64,000 nt of DNA from Patescibacteria group bacterium (GCA_038064675.1 JBBTSM010000005.1:4686-68685); one strand, 5' to 3'; positions 9,943 to 20,051 are shown, numbered from the stretch's first letter. Notes: generated by a model from the sequence alone, not told the origin. Program-made: numbers and translations.

Positions 9943-10018
9943 GGCCGTGTGGTGAAGTGGTTAACACAGCGGTCTGCAAAACCGCGATACGCCGGTTCGA
10001 ATCTGGCCACGGCCTCCA
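9943..10018 (+). tRNA. tRNA-Cys(GCA)
   Basis: Cloverleaf GGCCGTG...CACGGCC-T-CCA; anticodon arm GCGGT-CTGCAAA-ACCGC; TTCGAAT loop. Confidence 0.95.
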
Positions 10019-10021
10019 AAG

Positions 10022-10052
10022 AAAATACTCCGTCATTGCGACGGAGTGTTTT
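10022..10052. terminator. Intrinsic terminator after tRNA-Cys
   Basis: aaaatactccgtc-attgc-gacggagtgtttt. Confidence 0.75.
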
Positions 10053-10068
10053 CTTTTCTATATAGGTC

Positions 10069-10674
10069 TTATTCGTTCGTCTTCACGTCACTCGCCGTTG
10101 CGGCTGGAACAGTATCAGTGAACGAGGTCACCGGCTTTGCGGAAAGAATCACCGCCTCGGCCACGGAAGCTTCTTGGCCGACCTGCCACACGGTAAACAT
10201 GTACTTTTCACCACTGGATGTTTGAAGGTAGTAGGTCGTTGTACAAGAACCCGGCTTGCAATCGTTCGCGACACCAGCCGCTTTCCAGAAGCCGCTCCCA
10301 AGATCAGTGGCATCCTTTGGGATCGATCGGCGCGAATCAAGCGTATCAACGTCGATCTTTGTGTAATCCGTGGAAACGTAGCCTTCCTTCGAAATGGTAT
10401 CGACCGGAGTTGTCGTTCGTGCGATTGGCTTGTCGGTACTCTGCAGCGAAACCGTTTCCATGGTGTGATTCACATCCTGCGACAACGTTGGAAGGCTTTC
10501 GTTTGGCTGTGCGTATCCCACAACCTCCACCCAGCCGGACGGCAAATCGAATGCAAGCTTCCATTTTCCTTCAACGGCGTTACCTCCGGTGATCGACGAC
10601 ACAATACCCGATGTACACCCAGCACCAGTCAACAACAGCACCGCGGCACTAATGGAAAGAAGAAGTCGTTTCAT
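10069..10674 (-). CDS. Secreted/lipoprotein-like hypothetical protein
   Basis: MKR + hydrophobic stretch + GAGC signal typical of ABY1-group proteins. Confidence 0.75.
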   Translation of the reverse strand: MKRLLLSISAAVLLLTGAGCTSGIVSSITGGNAVEGKWKLAFDLPSGWVEVVGYAQPNESLPTLSQDVNHTMETVSLQSTDKPIARTTTPVDTISKEGYVSTDYTKIDVDTLDSRRSIPKDATDLGSGFWKAAGVANDCKPGSCTTTYYLQTSSGEKYMFTVWQVGQEASVAEAVILSAKPVTSFTDTVPAATASDVKTNE

Positions 10675-10769
10675 ATACTGACAGTGTAAGGGAAATGGAC
10701 GCGTTGGGCAAAATGAACAACAGAAAAGGCTCCCGATATCTCGAGAGCCCTTCTATATTGTATTCTTTC

Positions 10770-11324
10770 TTATTTCGCGCGATAGACTTCGATCGCCACG
10801 GTGCGAACACCGAACTGACGAGCGCCTGGACCTTCCTCCATCCAGATATCGATACGTTTGTCGTACCGCGGGTTCATGCGGTCTTCCACTGTAAAGATCT
10901 GGTCGCCGAAGTACTCTGGAATTTTCACCAAGGTACCCATCGGCAAGAAGTTCGCAGCGATAACACCCATACGAACATGGGTACCGCTGGCCGTAATAAA
11001 CGGCGTATCGTCGGTTTGAGCAGGATCGCTATTATATGCGGTTGCGGTTACCCGCATCGTATACGTCGGATCACGGAGATCTGCCCCAGGAAGCTGACCA
11101 AATGGCATGGTCGCATTCTTCATGGCCGCAACCTCAAGTTCAGTTGCCCGACCCACCGAAAATGCGGTTGCCGTGGCACGAGCCGCGGAAGGGAGAGCAA
11201 AGTATCCGGAAAGAAGAACAAGGGCAGCAAGAGTGGCAACTTCTACCGGCGAACGCTTGAGGATCATTTTGATGCGATTGATCATAGAATATAAAAAATC
11301 GGCTACTGCTGCCGAATTTTTCAT
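10770..11324 (-). CDS. 3D-domain cell-wall protein
   Basis: TAYNSDPAQTDDTPFITASG, AANFLPMGT, VEDRMN, RIDIW; start uncertain. Confidence 0.85.
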   Translation of the reverse strand: MKNSAAVADFLYSMINRIKMILKRSPVEVATLAALVLLSGYFALPSAARATATAFSVGRATELEVAAMKNATMPFGQLPGADLRDPTYTMRVTATAYNSDPAQTDDTPFITASGTHVRMGVIAANFLPMGTLVKIPEYFGDQIFTVEDRMNPRYDKRIDIWMEEGPGARQFGVRTVAIEVYRAK

Positions 11325-11471
11325 GCGAATAGTATAGCATTTCTACGCCATTTTGTCAACGGTTTTTTGCCATTTATTGGCTAATATTAGCCATGTTATC
11401 CACCGTATTTTTTGCCCTTTTTTTGAGCACAACGTATGATGCAAATACTCCACCAATTTTTTGAACTTTCT

Positions 11472-14387
11472 ATGCAACGATACGGCAAGTACCGGTCCGA
11501 ACTTCACAAAAATCGCCTTGTCGCCGCCGCTCTTCATCGCATGAAGGCGATGACCAAGGGCTCCCTTTTTAAAAATCTCATCCTTGGTGGTGTTGCCCTC
11601 CTTCTTTTAGGCGCACTCTCACTTTTCGTAGGATATCTTTGGATTAAGCAGACCCTACCTACCACCGAGGATATTTTGAATCGCGACGTTGCCCAATCTA
11701 CAAAAATCTACGACAGAACCGACACGCACCTCCTGTACGAAATCGCCGAAAGCGAGAAAAGAACCATCGTTCCCATTGAACAAATGCCCCAAAATCTCTT
11801 GAATGCCACCATTACCGCGGAAGACCGCCAATTCTACAATCATCACGGCATCAACTACCTCAGTATCGCTCGATCAATCTACGAGGACATTAAGTGCGGA
11901 TGCAAGGCACAGGGAGCCTCAACACTCACGCAACAAATGGTCCGTAACGTCATTCTTACGCTTGATAAAACCGTTACGCGCAAGGTGAAGGAGATTCTTT
12001 TGTCGTACGCGGTGGAGGACAAATTTACAAAGGAAGAAATTTTGAGTCTCTACCTCAATCAAATTGGATACGGAGGCGCGAACTACGGCGTGCAATCCGC
12101 AAGCCAGGCGTATTTTGGCAAAGACGTAAAAGACCTCTCTCTTGCAGAGTCCGCAACACTCGCAGCACTTCCAAAGCAGCCGAGTACCTACCTCAAAAAC
12201 GCCGACCGTCTCAAAGAGCGTCGTGATTGGATTTTGGAAAGCATGGAGGAACTTGGATATGCCACGCATGATCAAGTTGTTGCCGCAGAAGCAGAGGAAA
12301 CTCCAGTCGTCGCAAAACTCGGCAACATTACCGCTCCACATTTTGTGCTTTGGGTGAAAGACCAACTCGAAGCAACATACACAGAGCGCGAAGTGGAAAC
12401 CGGCGGACTTCACGTCGTCACCACGCTCGATTACGACAAGCAAATGGCCGCAGAAGCCGCAGTCACCGCAAATGTGGCAGCAAAGAGCGAAGCATACGGA
12501 TTCAACAACGCCGGGCTTCTTGCAATCGACCCAAAGACCGGACAAATTCTCGCAATGGTAGGAAGCGCGGATTATTTTAACGACGAAATTCAAGGTCAGG
12601 TAAACGTTACGGAACAGGCGCTCCAACCAGGAAGCAGCATGAAGCCGCTTATTTACGCCGCGTCGTGGGAAAAAGGCTACACGCCAAACACCATCCTTTG
12701 GGACGTTGATACCGTTATCCCAACAGAAACCGGCCCATACAACCCACACAACTTCGACAACGGCGAGCACGGCTATGTAACCATGCGAAAGGCGCTGCAA
12801 GGTTCCTTAAACATTCCTGCAGTAAAAGCGATGTATCTCGTTGGCGTCGATAGCGCCATTACCTTCCTTCAGCGTATGGGATACACCACGCTTGAGGATC
12901 GATCGCGTTTTGGACTTTCGCTCGTGCTTGGCGGCGGAGAGGTAACGATGATTGACCATCTTCGTGCATACGGCACATTCGCGAACAGCGGCATTCAACA
13001 AACAACCACAGGAATTCTCAAAGTCACCGACTCTACAGGCGCAACGCTCGAGGAGTGGAAGGTTGAAGAACATGCCGGTGCACAAATCGTAGACGCAAAC
13101 ATCGCAAATACCGTGAGTAACGTTCTCTCAGACAACAACGCCCGATCATACGTCTTCGGCGTGAACAGTGCTCTGCAACTCGGATCTCGACCAGTTGCGG
13201 CAAAAACAGGAACAACGAGCGATTTTAACGACGCGTGGACGATGGGATATACCCCGTCACTTACTGCGGGAGTTTGGGTAGGAAACACCGATGGAACAAA
13301 GATGTATAAAAATGCAGAAGCCGTCTTTGTTGCCGCGCCGATATGGAAGGAGTTCATGCAAAAGGCACTCGACGGTACACCGATCGAAGCTTTTCCAACG
13401 CCAACCATCGCGTCTACCGGAAAAGACATGCTCGACGGGAATATTCCAGTTCAGACATACACGATCGATACCAGCACCGGAAAACTTGCAAACGCCCTCA
13501 CGCCGGAACGATTTAAAGAAACGAAAACCTGTGGCGAGTATCACGATATTCTCATGTACGTCAGCAAAGACGATCCTCGCGGACCAATACCGGAAGACCC
13601 ATCCGCCGATCCGCAGTACCAAGTATGGGAAGACGCGGTGCAGGCGTGGATCACCAAACACAATGCAAATCTAAAACCTGGAGAAGTCGCAATCACCACA
13701 TGTAAAGACGTCCCGACCGAGAGCGATGATGTTCACACGTCACAGAATCAGCCGAGCATCAAAATTAGTTCCCCAACAAACGGAACATCCATCGGCCGGA
13801 CCATCACCACAACGCTCAATACATCTGTTCGCCGAACGTTCTCTCGCGTCGAATACACCATCGACGACGCGGTGGTGAATAGTAGTCACAACATGAACGG
13901 CGACATCTTCACGCTTCCAAGTTGGGTTACCAAAGGGAATCACACACTTCGCGCAACAATCTACGATGACGTGGACAATAACGCGAGCGATAGCATCACG
14001 ATCTCTATCAATGAATCAAGCGGTGGAGAGGCGCAGTTTCACATTACCAATCCATTCTCCAATCAAACCATCGACAACACCGGCGTGCCATACACGGTCG
14101 TCGTAGAAGTTCCGAACGTAAATGAAGTGACGTACCTCGAAGTTACTGCAGAAAATCTTTGGACCGGAGAAACAAAAATGATCGGGAGCACGACGCATCC
14201 GTCATCAATCACCAGTATTTCCTGGAACATCAGCGCCGACGCGCGATATCAACTCATTGCTCGGGCCTCAACGCCAACAGGCGGAACGCTCGAATCCAGT
14301 CCAGTGCTTGTTACCGTCACGACACCCGCACCGTTCGCCGGCACACCAATTGATAGCGTCCTTATTACTACGCCCACGACACTATAG
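11472..14387 (+). CDS. Class A penicillin-binding protein with C-terminal Ig-like domains
   Basis: EDRQFYNHHG, GASTLTQQ, RKVKE, QPGSSMKP, SLN, KTGT; start uncertain. Confidence 0.93.
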   Translation: MQRYGKYRSELHKNRLVAAALHRMKAMTKGSLFKNLILGGVALLLLGALSLFVGYLWIKQTLPTTEDILNRDVAQSTKIYDRTDTHLLYEIAESEKRTIVPIEQMPQNLLNATITAEDRQFYNHHGINYLSIARSIYEDIKCGCKAQGASTLTQQMVRNVILTLDKTVTRKVKEILLSYAVEDKFTKEEILSLYLNQIGYGGANYGVQSASQAYFGKDVKDLSLAESATLAALPKQPSTYLKNADRLKERRDWILESMEELGYATHDQVVAAEAEETPVVAKLGNITAPHFVLWVKDQLEATYTEREVETGGLHVVTTLDYDKQMAAEAAVTANVAAKSEAYGFNNAGLLAIDPKTGQILAMVGSADYFNDEIQGQVNVTEQALQPGSSMKPLIYAASWEKGYTPNTILWDVDTVIPTETGPYNPHNFDNGEHGYVTMRKALQGSLNIPAVKAMYLVGVDSAITFLQRMGYTTLEDRSRFGLSLVLGGGEVTMIDHLRAYGTFANSGIQQTTTGILKVTDSTGATLEEWKVEEHAGAQIVDANIANTVSNVLSDNNARSYVFGVNSALQLGSRPVAAKTGTTSDFNDAWTMGYTPSLTAGVWVGNTDGTKMYKNAEAVFVAAPIWKEFMQKALDGTPIEAFPTPTIASTGKDMLDGNIPVQTYTIDTSTGKLANALTPERFKETKTCGEYHDILMYVSKDDPRGPIPEDPSADPQYQVWEDAVQAWITKHNANLKPGEVAITTCKDVPTESDDVHTSQNQPSIKISSPTNGTSIGRTITTTLNTSVRRTFSRVEYTIDDAVVNSSHNMNGDIFTLPSWVTKGNHTLRATIYDDVDNNASDSITISINESSGGEAQFHITNPFSNQTIDNTGVPYTVVVEVPNVNEVTYLEVTAENLWTGETKMIGSTTHPSSITSISWNISADARYQLIARASTPTGGTLESSPVLVTVTTPAPFAGTPIDSVLITTPTTL

Positions 14388-14407
14388 GTATTTGATCATA
14401 AAAATTT

Positions 14408-14446
14408 CAGCGCCCCGTGAAACCGTTGGAGTCTCACGGGGCGCTG
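14408..14446. terminator. Hairpin between convergent PBP and dnaN
   Basis: cagcgccccgtga...tcacggggcgctg. Confidence 0.7.
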
Positions 14447-14558
14447 TTCGTCTCTTTTTGTGAGAACTACATCTTTGCTCTCTTCGGCCGCTGCATCTAT
14501 CCCAAGCAAGCCAGCGACCTCACAGCGGCGGTTGGCGAGACCCCGCGTGTTCTCACGA

Positions 14559-15692
14559 CTACTGCCTGATAGGCATCACGATGTAGAGATATTTCTCATC
14601 GGGAAGATTATGCGGAGTAACGACGCACGGTTGCATGGCATCGATGAACTTGAGAACAATCTTTTCCGACGTCATCGCATTCACGCCATCGAGAAGATAA
14701 CGGAAGTTCAACACAGCTGAGTTTACGTTTCCGGTCATTTCCCCCTCAACCGTGACCGTGTTCTCGCCGCGACCAACGTCGGCCGCAGAAAGCGTGACGG
14801 TTTTTTCGGCCGGGTTCGCCTCGAGACGCACGTCGAACAATCCAGCCTTCGAGAACAGGCTCGTTCGACGAATGGCCTGGGAAAATGCCGTTTTATCAAT
14901 CGTAATCTCTGTTGCCGACGTTTTGGGGATAATCTGTCGATAATCTGGATAAACACCCTCAACCGTACGAGATGACAACTCGACGGTTCCGTAACGGAAC
15001 ACAATCTGACTTTCAGTAAGCTCGACGTCAATATTTTCTGGATTTTCCACGCTGTCGCGAAGCACGCTCAAGATTCGTCGAAGTTCTCCGAGCGTTCGCG
15101 ACGGCACAATTGCCTTCCGCTCGCCTTCCGCAGCTTCGCCAAGTGCGATCGTCTTTTCTCCGAGACGATAGCTGTCTGTCGCGGCAAGGACGAGTTGCTT
15201 ATTGAGCCCGTCAAAGTGCATGAACACACCGGTAAGCGCTTGTCGTGCCTCGTTCGTCGCAACAGCAAAGAGCACTTGGCTGAGCGCCGAATCAAGAGCC
15301 GCGGCAGGAACGACAAATCGAACACCGCCAGTGACCGGTGGGATTAACGGGAATTCGTTTGCGGGAATCCCATTAATCTTCGTCTTTGTTTTTTCGCAGA
15401 CAATCGATACCGCGTGGTCGAGAAGATCGAGATCAACTCTTTCGTTTGGCAAAAGGGCAACGTAATCCGCAAAGAGTTTTGATGGAAGCGTGTATTCTCC
15501 TGGCTGGTCGACCTTCCCTCGGATCGTGCACGTAATCGTCAACTCAAGATTCGTTGCGGTGAGTTTGATTCCTCCAACGTCTGCCCGAAGCAAAACATTG
15601 TTCAGAATAGGAAGGTTCGTATTCTTTCCAGAGATGTGACTCGTAATAGCCAGACCCTGGTATAAATTTTCTCGCGTGCAAGAGAGCTTCAC
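14559..15692 (-). CDS. dnaN: DNA polymerase III beta sliding clamp
   Basis: GTG start VKLSCTRENL; LPILNNVLL, ATNLE, ATDSYRL, YPDY, IVMPIR; position after dnaA. Confidence 0.96.
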   Translation of the reverse strand: MKLSCTRENLYQGLAITSHISGKNTNLPILNNVLLRADVGGIKLTATNLELTITCTIRGKVDQPGEYTLPSKLFADYVALLPNERVDLDLLDHAVSIVCEKTKTKINGIPANEFPLIPPVTGGVRFVVPAAALDSALSQVLFAVATNEARQALTGVFMHFDGLNKQLVLAATDSYRLGEKTIALGEAAEGERKAIVPSRTLGELRRILSVLRDSVENPENIDVELTESQIVFRYGTVELSSRTVEGVYPDYRQIIPKTSATEITIDKTAFSQAIRRTSLFSKAGLFDVRLEANPAEKTVTLSAADVGRGENTVTVEGEMTGNVNSAVLNFRYLLDGVNAMTSEKIVLKFIDAMQPCVVTPHNLPDEKYLYIVMPIRQ

Positions 15693-15699
15693 AATCAGG

Positions 15700-15980
15700 A
15701 AATTAATATCTCTATAAGAACCAGTAGTAACAGTAAGGGGTGTGTATGAAGTGGATAACGACGGAATGCTATGAGCAAAGAGCGAATTGAGCGAATTGAG
15801 CGAGGGATAGAACGTGTGGACGACGGTGATGAGCGTGGAGATAACTTCAGCGAATCGTTTGGCTGACATTTCTGTCCCCTTGTTATCCTACCCGTTTCCC
15901 CAGGGAACTCCACCCACTCGTCCACTGCTTTTTGCACCGTTCATCCACAATTCACAGGGAAGTACCCTTCTGTCCCCATG
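15700..15980. promoter_or_regulatory. oriC unwinding region (dnaA-dnaN intergenic)
   Basis: On - strand: tandem DnaA boxes TTATCCACT/TCATACACA (15741-15758), CCCC spacer, trio-like repeats (15722-15736), AT-rich tract (15701-15720); more degenerate boxes to 15980; + strand looks C/A-rich to the left and G/T-rich to the right. Confidence 0.85.
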
Positions 15981-17369
15981 TTATCCCGCATAGAGTTTTT
16001 GTTTGATGAGTTCAAGATCTTTCTGGAGCTTTTCGTCGGTTTTTACGAGATCGGAGATCTTTCCATATGCATGCATTGCTGTGGTGTGATCTCGTCCGCC
16101 GAGCTCGTCTCCAATTGCTGGATACGACGTTTTCATTTCCTCTCGCATGAGATACATGATGATTTGTCTTGGGAATGCGAGTTTCTTTTCGCGGGATTTT
16201 CCGAGGATGTCCTCAATGGTGATATCGAAGTATTCGGAGACGATAAGAATCAACTGGCGCGGTGTAACAGTTTTGCGAACGTTTTCCGATTCGAAGCTTG
16301 CGATGATTGGTTTTACCGTTTCAAGCGTTGGAGAGATGTTGCGGAACTGATGGATGGCGATGATTTTATTCAGTGCACCCTCGAGCTCACGGATGTTCGA
16401 GTAGATGTTGCTCGCAACATAGTGAAGAATCTCGCGATCGAGGGAGAACGACTTCTCCATACACTTGCGCTGAAGAATCGCGATGCGTGTTTCGAGGTCT
16501 GGCATCCCGACATCCACAAGCATTCCCCACTCAAGGCGGGACTGTAGACGTTTTTCAAGACTGGTGATGGATTTTGGTGGGCGGTCGGACGAGATGACAA
16601 TCTGACGCTGTTCTTGATGAAGCGCGTTGAAGGTGTGGAAAAATTCTTCCTGCGTTCCTTCTTTACCAGTGATGAATTGAATATCGTCGATGAGGAGGAG
16701 GTCGACATTGCGGTAGCGATCTTTGAATTCCTTTCCTTTACCGGAACGAATGGCATTAATGAAATCGTTCGTGAATCGCTCACAAGTGACATACAGAATG
16801 CGAACATTTGGATTGCGACGACGCATTTCGTTGGCGATGGCGTGAAGAAGATGTGTTTTTCCGAGTCCGACGCCGCCGTAGATAAAGAGAGGGTTGTATG
16901 CCTGTCCTGGTTGTGCAGAGACGGCTTGTGCCGCGGCGTGAGCGAGTTCGTTTTGCTTTCCAACGACAAATGTCTGAAAAGTGTATTGTGGATTGACGGT
17001 GATTGTGCCTGTTCCGCCGGTTTCTGCGCTTCCTGTCGCGACGAATCCGTAATCTTCGGCTCCTTCTTTTGGTGCAACAGGCTTCTTCTCCTCGAGAAGA
17101 AGTGGCTGTGGGGCCTCGGTGCGCGTTGCGACGCGATACGTAAGGCTGCGAACGGCTTGGTTTGTGATTCCCTGGATTGTTTCTAGGATATCTCGGTGAT
17201 GTTTCTTGCTGATCCACTGCTGGGTGATGGTGTTTGGGACGCCAATAACTACTTCGCCGTTGTGGTAGTCGCTCACAAAGGTTTTTCGAAACCATGTTGT
17301 GAAATGGGCTTTGCTCACTTTGAGCTCCATTTCCCCCAAGACTGCCTCCCAAAGCTCGTGTGTATTCAT
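15981..17369 (-). CDS. dnaA: Chromosomal replication initiator
   Basis: YNPLFIYGGVGLGKTHL, DDIQF, QEEFFHTFN, NIRELEG, GGRDHTT; alternative start ATG at 17435. Confidence 0.98.
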   Translation of the reverse strand: MNTHELWEAVLGEMELKVSKAHFTTWFRKTFVSDYHNGEVVIGVPNTITQQWISKKHHRDILETIQGITNQAVRSLTYRVATRTEAPQPLLLEEKKPVAPKEGAEDYGFVATGSAETGGTGTITVNPQYTFQTFVVGKQNELAHAAAQAVSAQPGQAYNPLFIYGGVGLGKTHLLHAIANEMRRRNPNVRILYVTCERFTNDFINAIRSGKGKEFKDRYRNVDLLLIDDIQFITGKEGTQEEFFHTFNALHQEQRQIVISSDRPPKSITSLEKRLQSRLEWGMLVDVGMPDLETRIAILQRKCMEKSFSLDREILHYVASNIYSNIRELEGALNKIIAIHQFRNISPTLETVKPIIASFESENVRKTVTPRQLILIVSEYFDITIEDILGKSREKKLAFPRQIIMYLMREEMKTSYPAIGDELGGRDHTTAMHAYGKISDLVKTDEKLQKDLELIKQKLYAG

Positions 17370-17441
17370 AGGTATTGCGGCAGGTGGTGATGGGCTTAGG
17401 GATTCGTTGAGGGGCGTGAACTTCGGAGGCATCATAGTCAA

Positions 17442-17590
17442 TTATCCACAGCTATGAAAGGTTGCGATATTGGCTAAAAGTGGATGACTTTGGGGATAAG
17501 TGCGTAAAAAGTGGGGACAACTGACGATGTTATACACATTTTTCGTGGGAATCTGTAAAAAAAGATTTTGCGACGCCGTGTGGATGGAGA
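17442..17590. promoter_or_regulatory. DnaA-box cluster upstream of dnaA (second half of bipartite origin / autoregulation)
   Basis: TTATCCACA 17442-17450, TTATACACA 17530-17538, degenerate gtggatgac and ggggataag. Confidence 0.75.
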
Positions 17591-17744
17591 GGAATTGATC
17601 GATCGGCGAGTACGTCTTGAGCGAGCGCTGAGCGCGAGCGAATTGGGTGAGTGAGGGGGCTGCTCTCCTCCGTCGCTCAATTTGCTCAAGGCGGTAATCC
17701 GCCGGTCGCTCGCGCGTAGCGCTCGCTTAAATACTCAAAATCCA

Positions 17745-17773
17745 TTGACATGGTATGCTTGTGGGCGTAAAGT
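17745..17773 (+). promoter_or_regulatory. Sigma70-type promoter of rpmH
   Basis: TTGACA-17 bp-TAAAGT ending 10 nt before the ATG. Confidence 0.65.
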
Positions 17774-17783
17774 CTTGCCACTT

Positions 17784-17936
17784 ATGCCTAAGCGAACGTA
17801 TCAGCCGAAAAAGCGGCAGCGCGCGAAAGTGCACGGATTTCGGAAGCGCATGAAGTCCAAGGACGGAAAGATCGTTTTAAAACGACGCCGAGCTAAGGGC
17901 CGAAAGCGCCTCACCGTCACCGCACGCCCCCGTTAA
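17784..17936 (+). CDS. rpmH: 50S ribosomal protein L34
   Basis: [23 protein letters not shown]...[10 protein letters not shown]. Confidence 0.97.
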   Translation: MPKRTYQPKKRQRAKVHGFRKRMKSKDGKIVLKRRRAKGRKRLTVTARPR

Positions 17937-17989
17937 AAGGCAGAACCCAAAATCCGGCTTCCAGAGCCGGATTTTGATATCATTCACCT

Positions 17990-18328
17990 ATGCTCGCGAA
18001 AGATTTTCGACTGCGTCATGAGAAAGATATCGCACGAACCTTGAAATCCAAGGCCGGTGCTTTTGATACCGCATGTGGTGTGAAGGTGGTGAAAAATAAT
18101 CTCGCCGCGTCGCGATTCGCGGTTGTTGTTGGCACGAAGGTGAGTAAAAAAGCGGTTGATCGCAATCGTATTCGTCGGCAGTATCGCGAGATTGTACGTT
18201 CGATGATGAAGGAAATTAAACCGGGATTTGATGTCATTCTTCTTACTGCGAAGCCGGCACTCGATCTCGACTATCATCAGAAAGAAACAAAACTCCGGAG
18301 CACACTTCGTCGCGCGAAACTTTTATGA
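17990..18328 (+). CDS. rnpA: Ribonuclease P protein component
   Basis: SRFAVVVGTKVSKKAVDRNRIRR (RNR motif); synteny. Confidence 0.95.
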   Translation: MLAKDFRLRHEKDIARTLKSKAGAFDTACGVKVVKNNLAASRFAVVVGTKVSKKAVDRNRIRRQYREIVRSMMKEIKPGFDVILLTAKPALDLDYHQKETKLRSTLRRAKLL

Positions 18329-18573
18329 CCGCGCAAATTGCCCTTCGTCGAATCGCGACAGCGCCGATTGTGCTGTATCAGCGAACGCTTTCCCTCGACC
18401 ACGGCCCCATGAAGGCGATGTATCCTTCGGGCTTTTGTCCGTTCTATCCTTCGTGTTCGGAATATTGCCGTCAGTCGATTCTCAAAAACGGCGTCGCGAT
18501 CGGCGTCACAAAGGGCGCGCTGCGCATACTCCGATGTCATCCATGGACCGATGGCGGCATCGATAAGCCGTAG
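18325..18573 (+). CDS. yidD: Membrane protein insertion efficiency factor
   Basis: CPFYPSCSEY...RILRCHPW...GGID. Confidence 0.95.
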   Translation: MTAQIALRRIATAPIVLYQRTLSLDHGPMKAMYPSGFCPFYPSCSEYCRQSILKNGVAIGVTKGALRILRCHPWTDGGIDKP

Positions 18574-18575
18574 TA

Positions 18576-18806
18576 TTACGAATCGATTCCGAGGATTTCA
18601 ACCAATTTTTTCTTGCCGCTACTTCCCTGTTTGATCACAATCGATTTCTGCGGGACGTGAAAATGTTTCGAAAGCAGTCGAACAAGCTCCTCATTCGCTT
18701 TTCCGTCAACTGGAGCTGATTTCAAGCGGGCGACAAGTGAATTGTCGCCATTCTCCTGGATCTCGGACTTTCCCGAGTTCGGCTTTACGCTGATTGTGAT
18801 TTTCAT
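18576..18806 (-). CDS. DUF167/YggU family protein
   Basis: VKPNS, APVDGKANEEL, GSSGKKK. Confidence 0.9.
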   Translation of the reverse strand: MKITISVKPNSGKSEIQENGDNSLVARLKSAPVDGKANEELVRLLSKHFHVPQKSIVIKQGSSGKKKLVEILGIDS

Positions 18807-19246
18807 ATGCGAATCTTCTCAATCGAATCAATAGTAATCCAGGCGGCCATTGCGCCGAATCCTGTCTTGTTGATCGCAAATGGAGTGATCGATTCTGCAC
18901 GATTGAGTTCGATGAGAATCCCGTGCGTTTTTTTCTCCACAAGTGGTCGAAGAACAGAAATATCGAGTCCGATGGGTGGCGCAAGAAGCGGCAATCGAGC
19001 GTCAAGAAAATCTTCATCTATCGATTCAATATATTCCACGGCACCCACGATCGCCTTTGCAGCGATGGGCTCTCCAGCGTATTTGAAATAGACGGTATCG
19101 CCAACGCTCACCTTCTTCCATGGCGCAGAGTGATTCTTGAGCCAACGTGACTCGATCGTCTTCTCGCCGGAAAGAATCTTTTCAATCATTCCTAACTCTT
19201 TGGAACTCGGACGCTTCATTGGATTCATGATCGCGACGTGGTCCAT
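18803..19246 (-). CDS. ASCH/PUA-like domain protein
   Basis: KILSGEKTIESR, VSVGDTVYFK. Confidence 0.8.
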   Translation of the reverse strand: MDHVAIMNPMKRPSSKELGMIEKILSGEKTIESRWLKNHSAPWKKVSVGDTVYFKYAGEPIAAKAIVGAVEYIESIDEDFLDARLPLLAPPIGLDISVLRPLVEKKTHGILIELNRAESITPFAINKTGFGAMAAWITIDSIEKIRI

Positions 19247-19247
19247 A

Positions 19248-20051
19248 TTAGCTCAGGTTACTTGTTGTTGCTCGTGGTGCGCTTTGCCACAGCATTTCAA
19301 AAACGCTTTTCATCATTGTTGCGATGACGTCATCTTCGATCCGGATTGCGAGCAAATTTTCTGGTTGCCAGAAGATCACCTTGTCTGCGAAGAAATGAAA
19401 CGACGCCTTGAACGGGTTGAGTCCGTTGAGAATTCGCGTCTCTCGCATGTTTTCTTTGTCTTCTCCGGCGATTCGGTTTGCGTGTTGTCCGGAAAGCGTA
19501 AGTGTTCGCGATGATAAGCCGCGTCTCACCCTCTCTTTGAGATATTCGGCTTGATCCTCGGGAGCAATGAGATTTAGAAAATCATCAACCGAACCAAAGA
19601 AGTCCAAACTATCCTTTCCCTCATCCAACATCCCAAAGAACGCACCAATGTATTGCCCTCGGCCTTGATACACACGAACGTGGCTTGGTAAATCGCCTCT
19701 TTGATATTTGCTTAGTAAATCTGGAAGTAGCGATGAAAATTCTTGTTTCAATTCACGATCTTTCTTTTGCTTCAGGTCGAGGAGCTCATTCACGATCGTT
19801 GGCGACGCCACACTAAACCGCTTCAACCTCCCCCCTTTTGGCAGTGCCGCGAGCCCGATATTTTCTAGGCTTTTAATGAGTTTATAGATATTTGGCCGTG
19901 AAACACCGAGCTTTTCCGCAATTTGCCCGATCGGATGCGGTCCAATCTCTAGCGACAATACATAGAGTCCAGCCTCCTGTGCCGTCAATCCCAATTGCAA
20001 AAGCGCCGTGTAAAGCGCTGAGCTCTCATTTTTGTTTGATTTTGCGGCCAT
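19248..20051 (-). CDS. TrmB-family transcriptional regulator 1
   Basis: LGLTAQEAGLYVLSL...SRPNIYKLIKSL wHTH; VRVYQG; PLD-like effector domain. Confidence 0.85.
   Translation of the reverse strand: MAAKSNKNESSALYTALLQLGLTAQEAGLYVLSLEIGPHPIGQIAEKLGVSRPNIYKLIKSLENIGLAALPKGGRLKRFSVASPTIVNELLDLKQKKDRELKQEFSSLLPDLLSKYQRGDLPSHVRVYQGRGQYIGAFFGMLDEGKDSLDFFGSVDDFLNLIAPEDQAEYLKERVRRGLSSRTLTLSGQHANRIAGEDKENMRETRILNGLNPFKASFHFFADKVIFWQPENLLAIRIEDDVIATMMKSVFEMLWQSAPRATTSNLS

Noticed and set aside
15693-15869. N-terminal extensions of dnaN, PGI, pnp, dksA and lspA in the ORF track
   Set aside because: They run through origin, repeat, UTR or neighbouring-gene sequence; family-like sequence starts at downstream start codons
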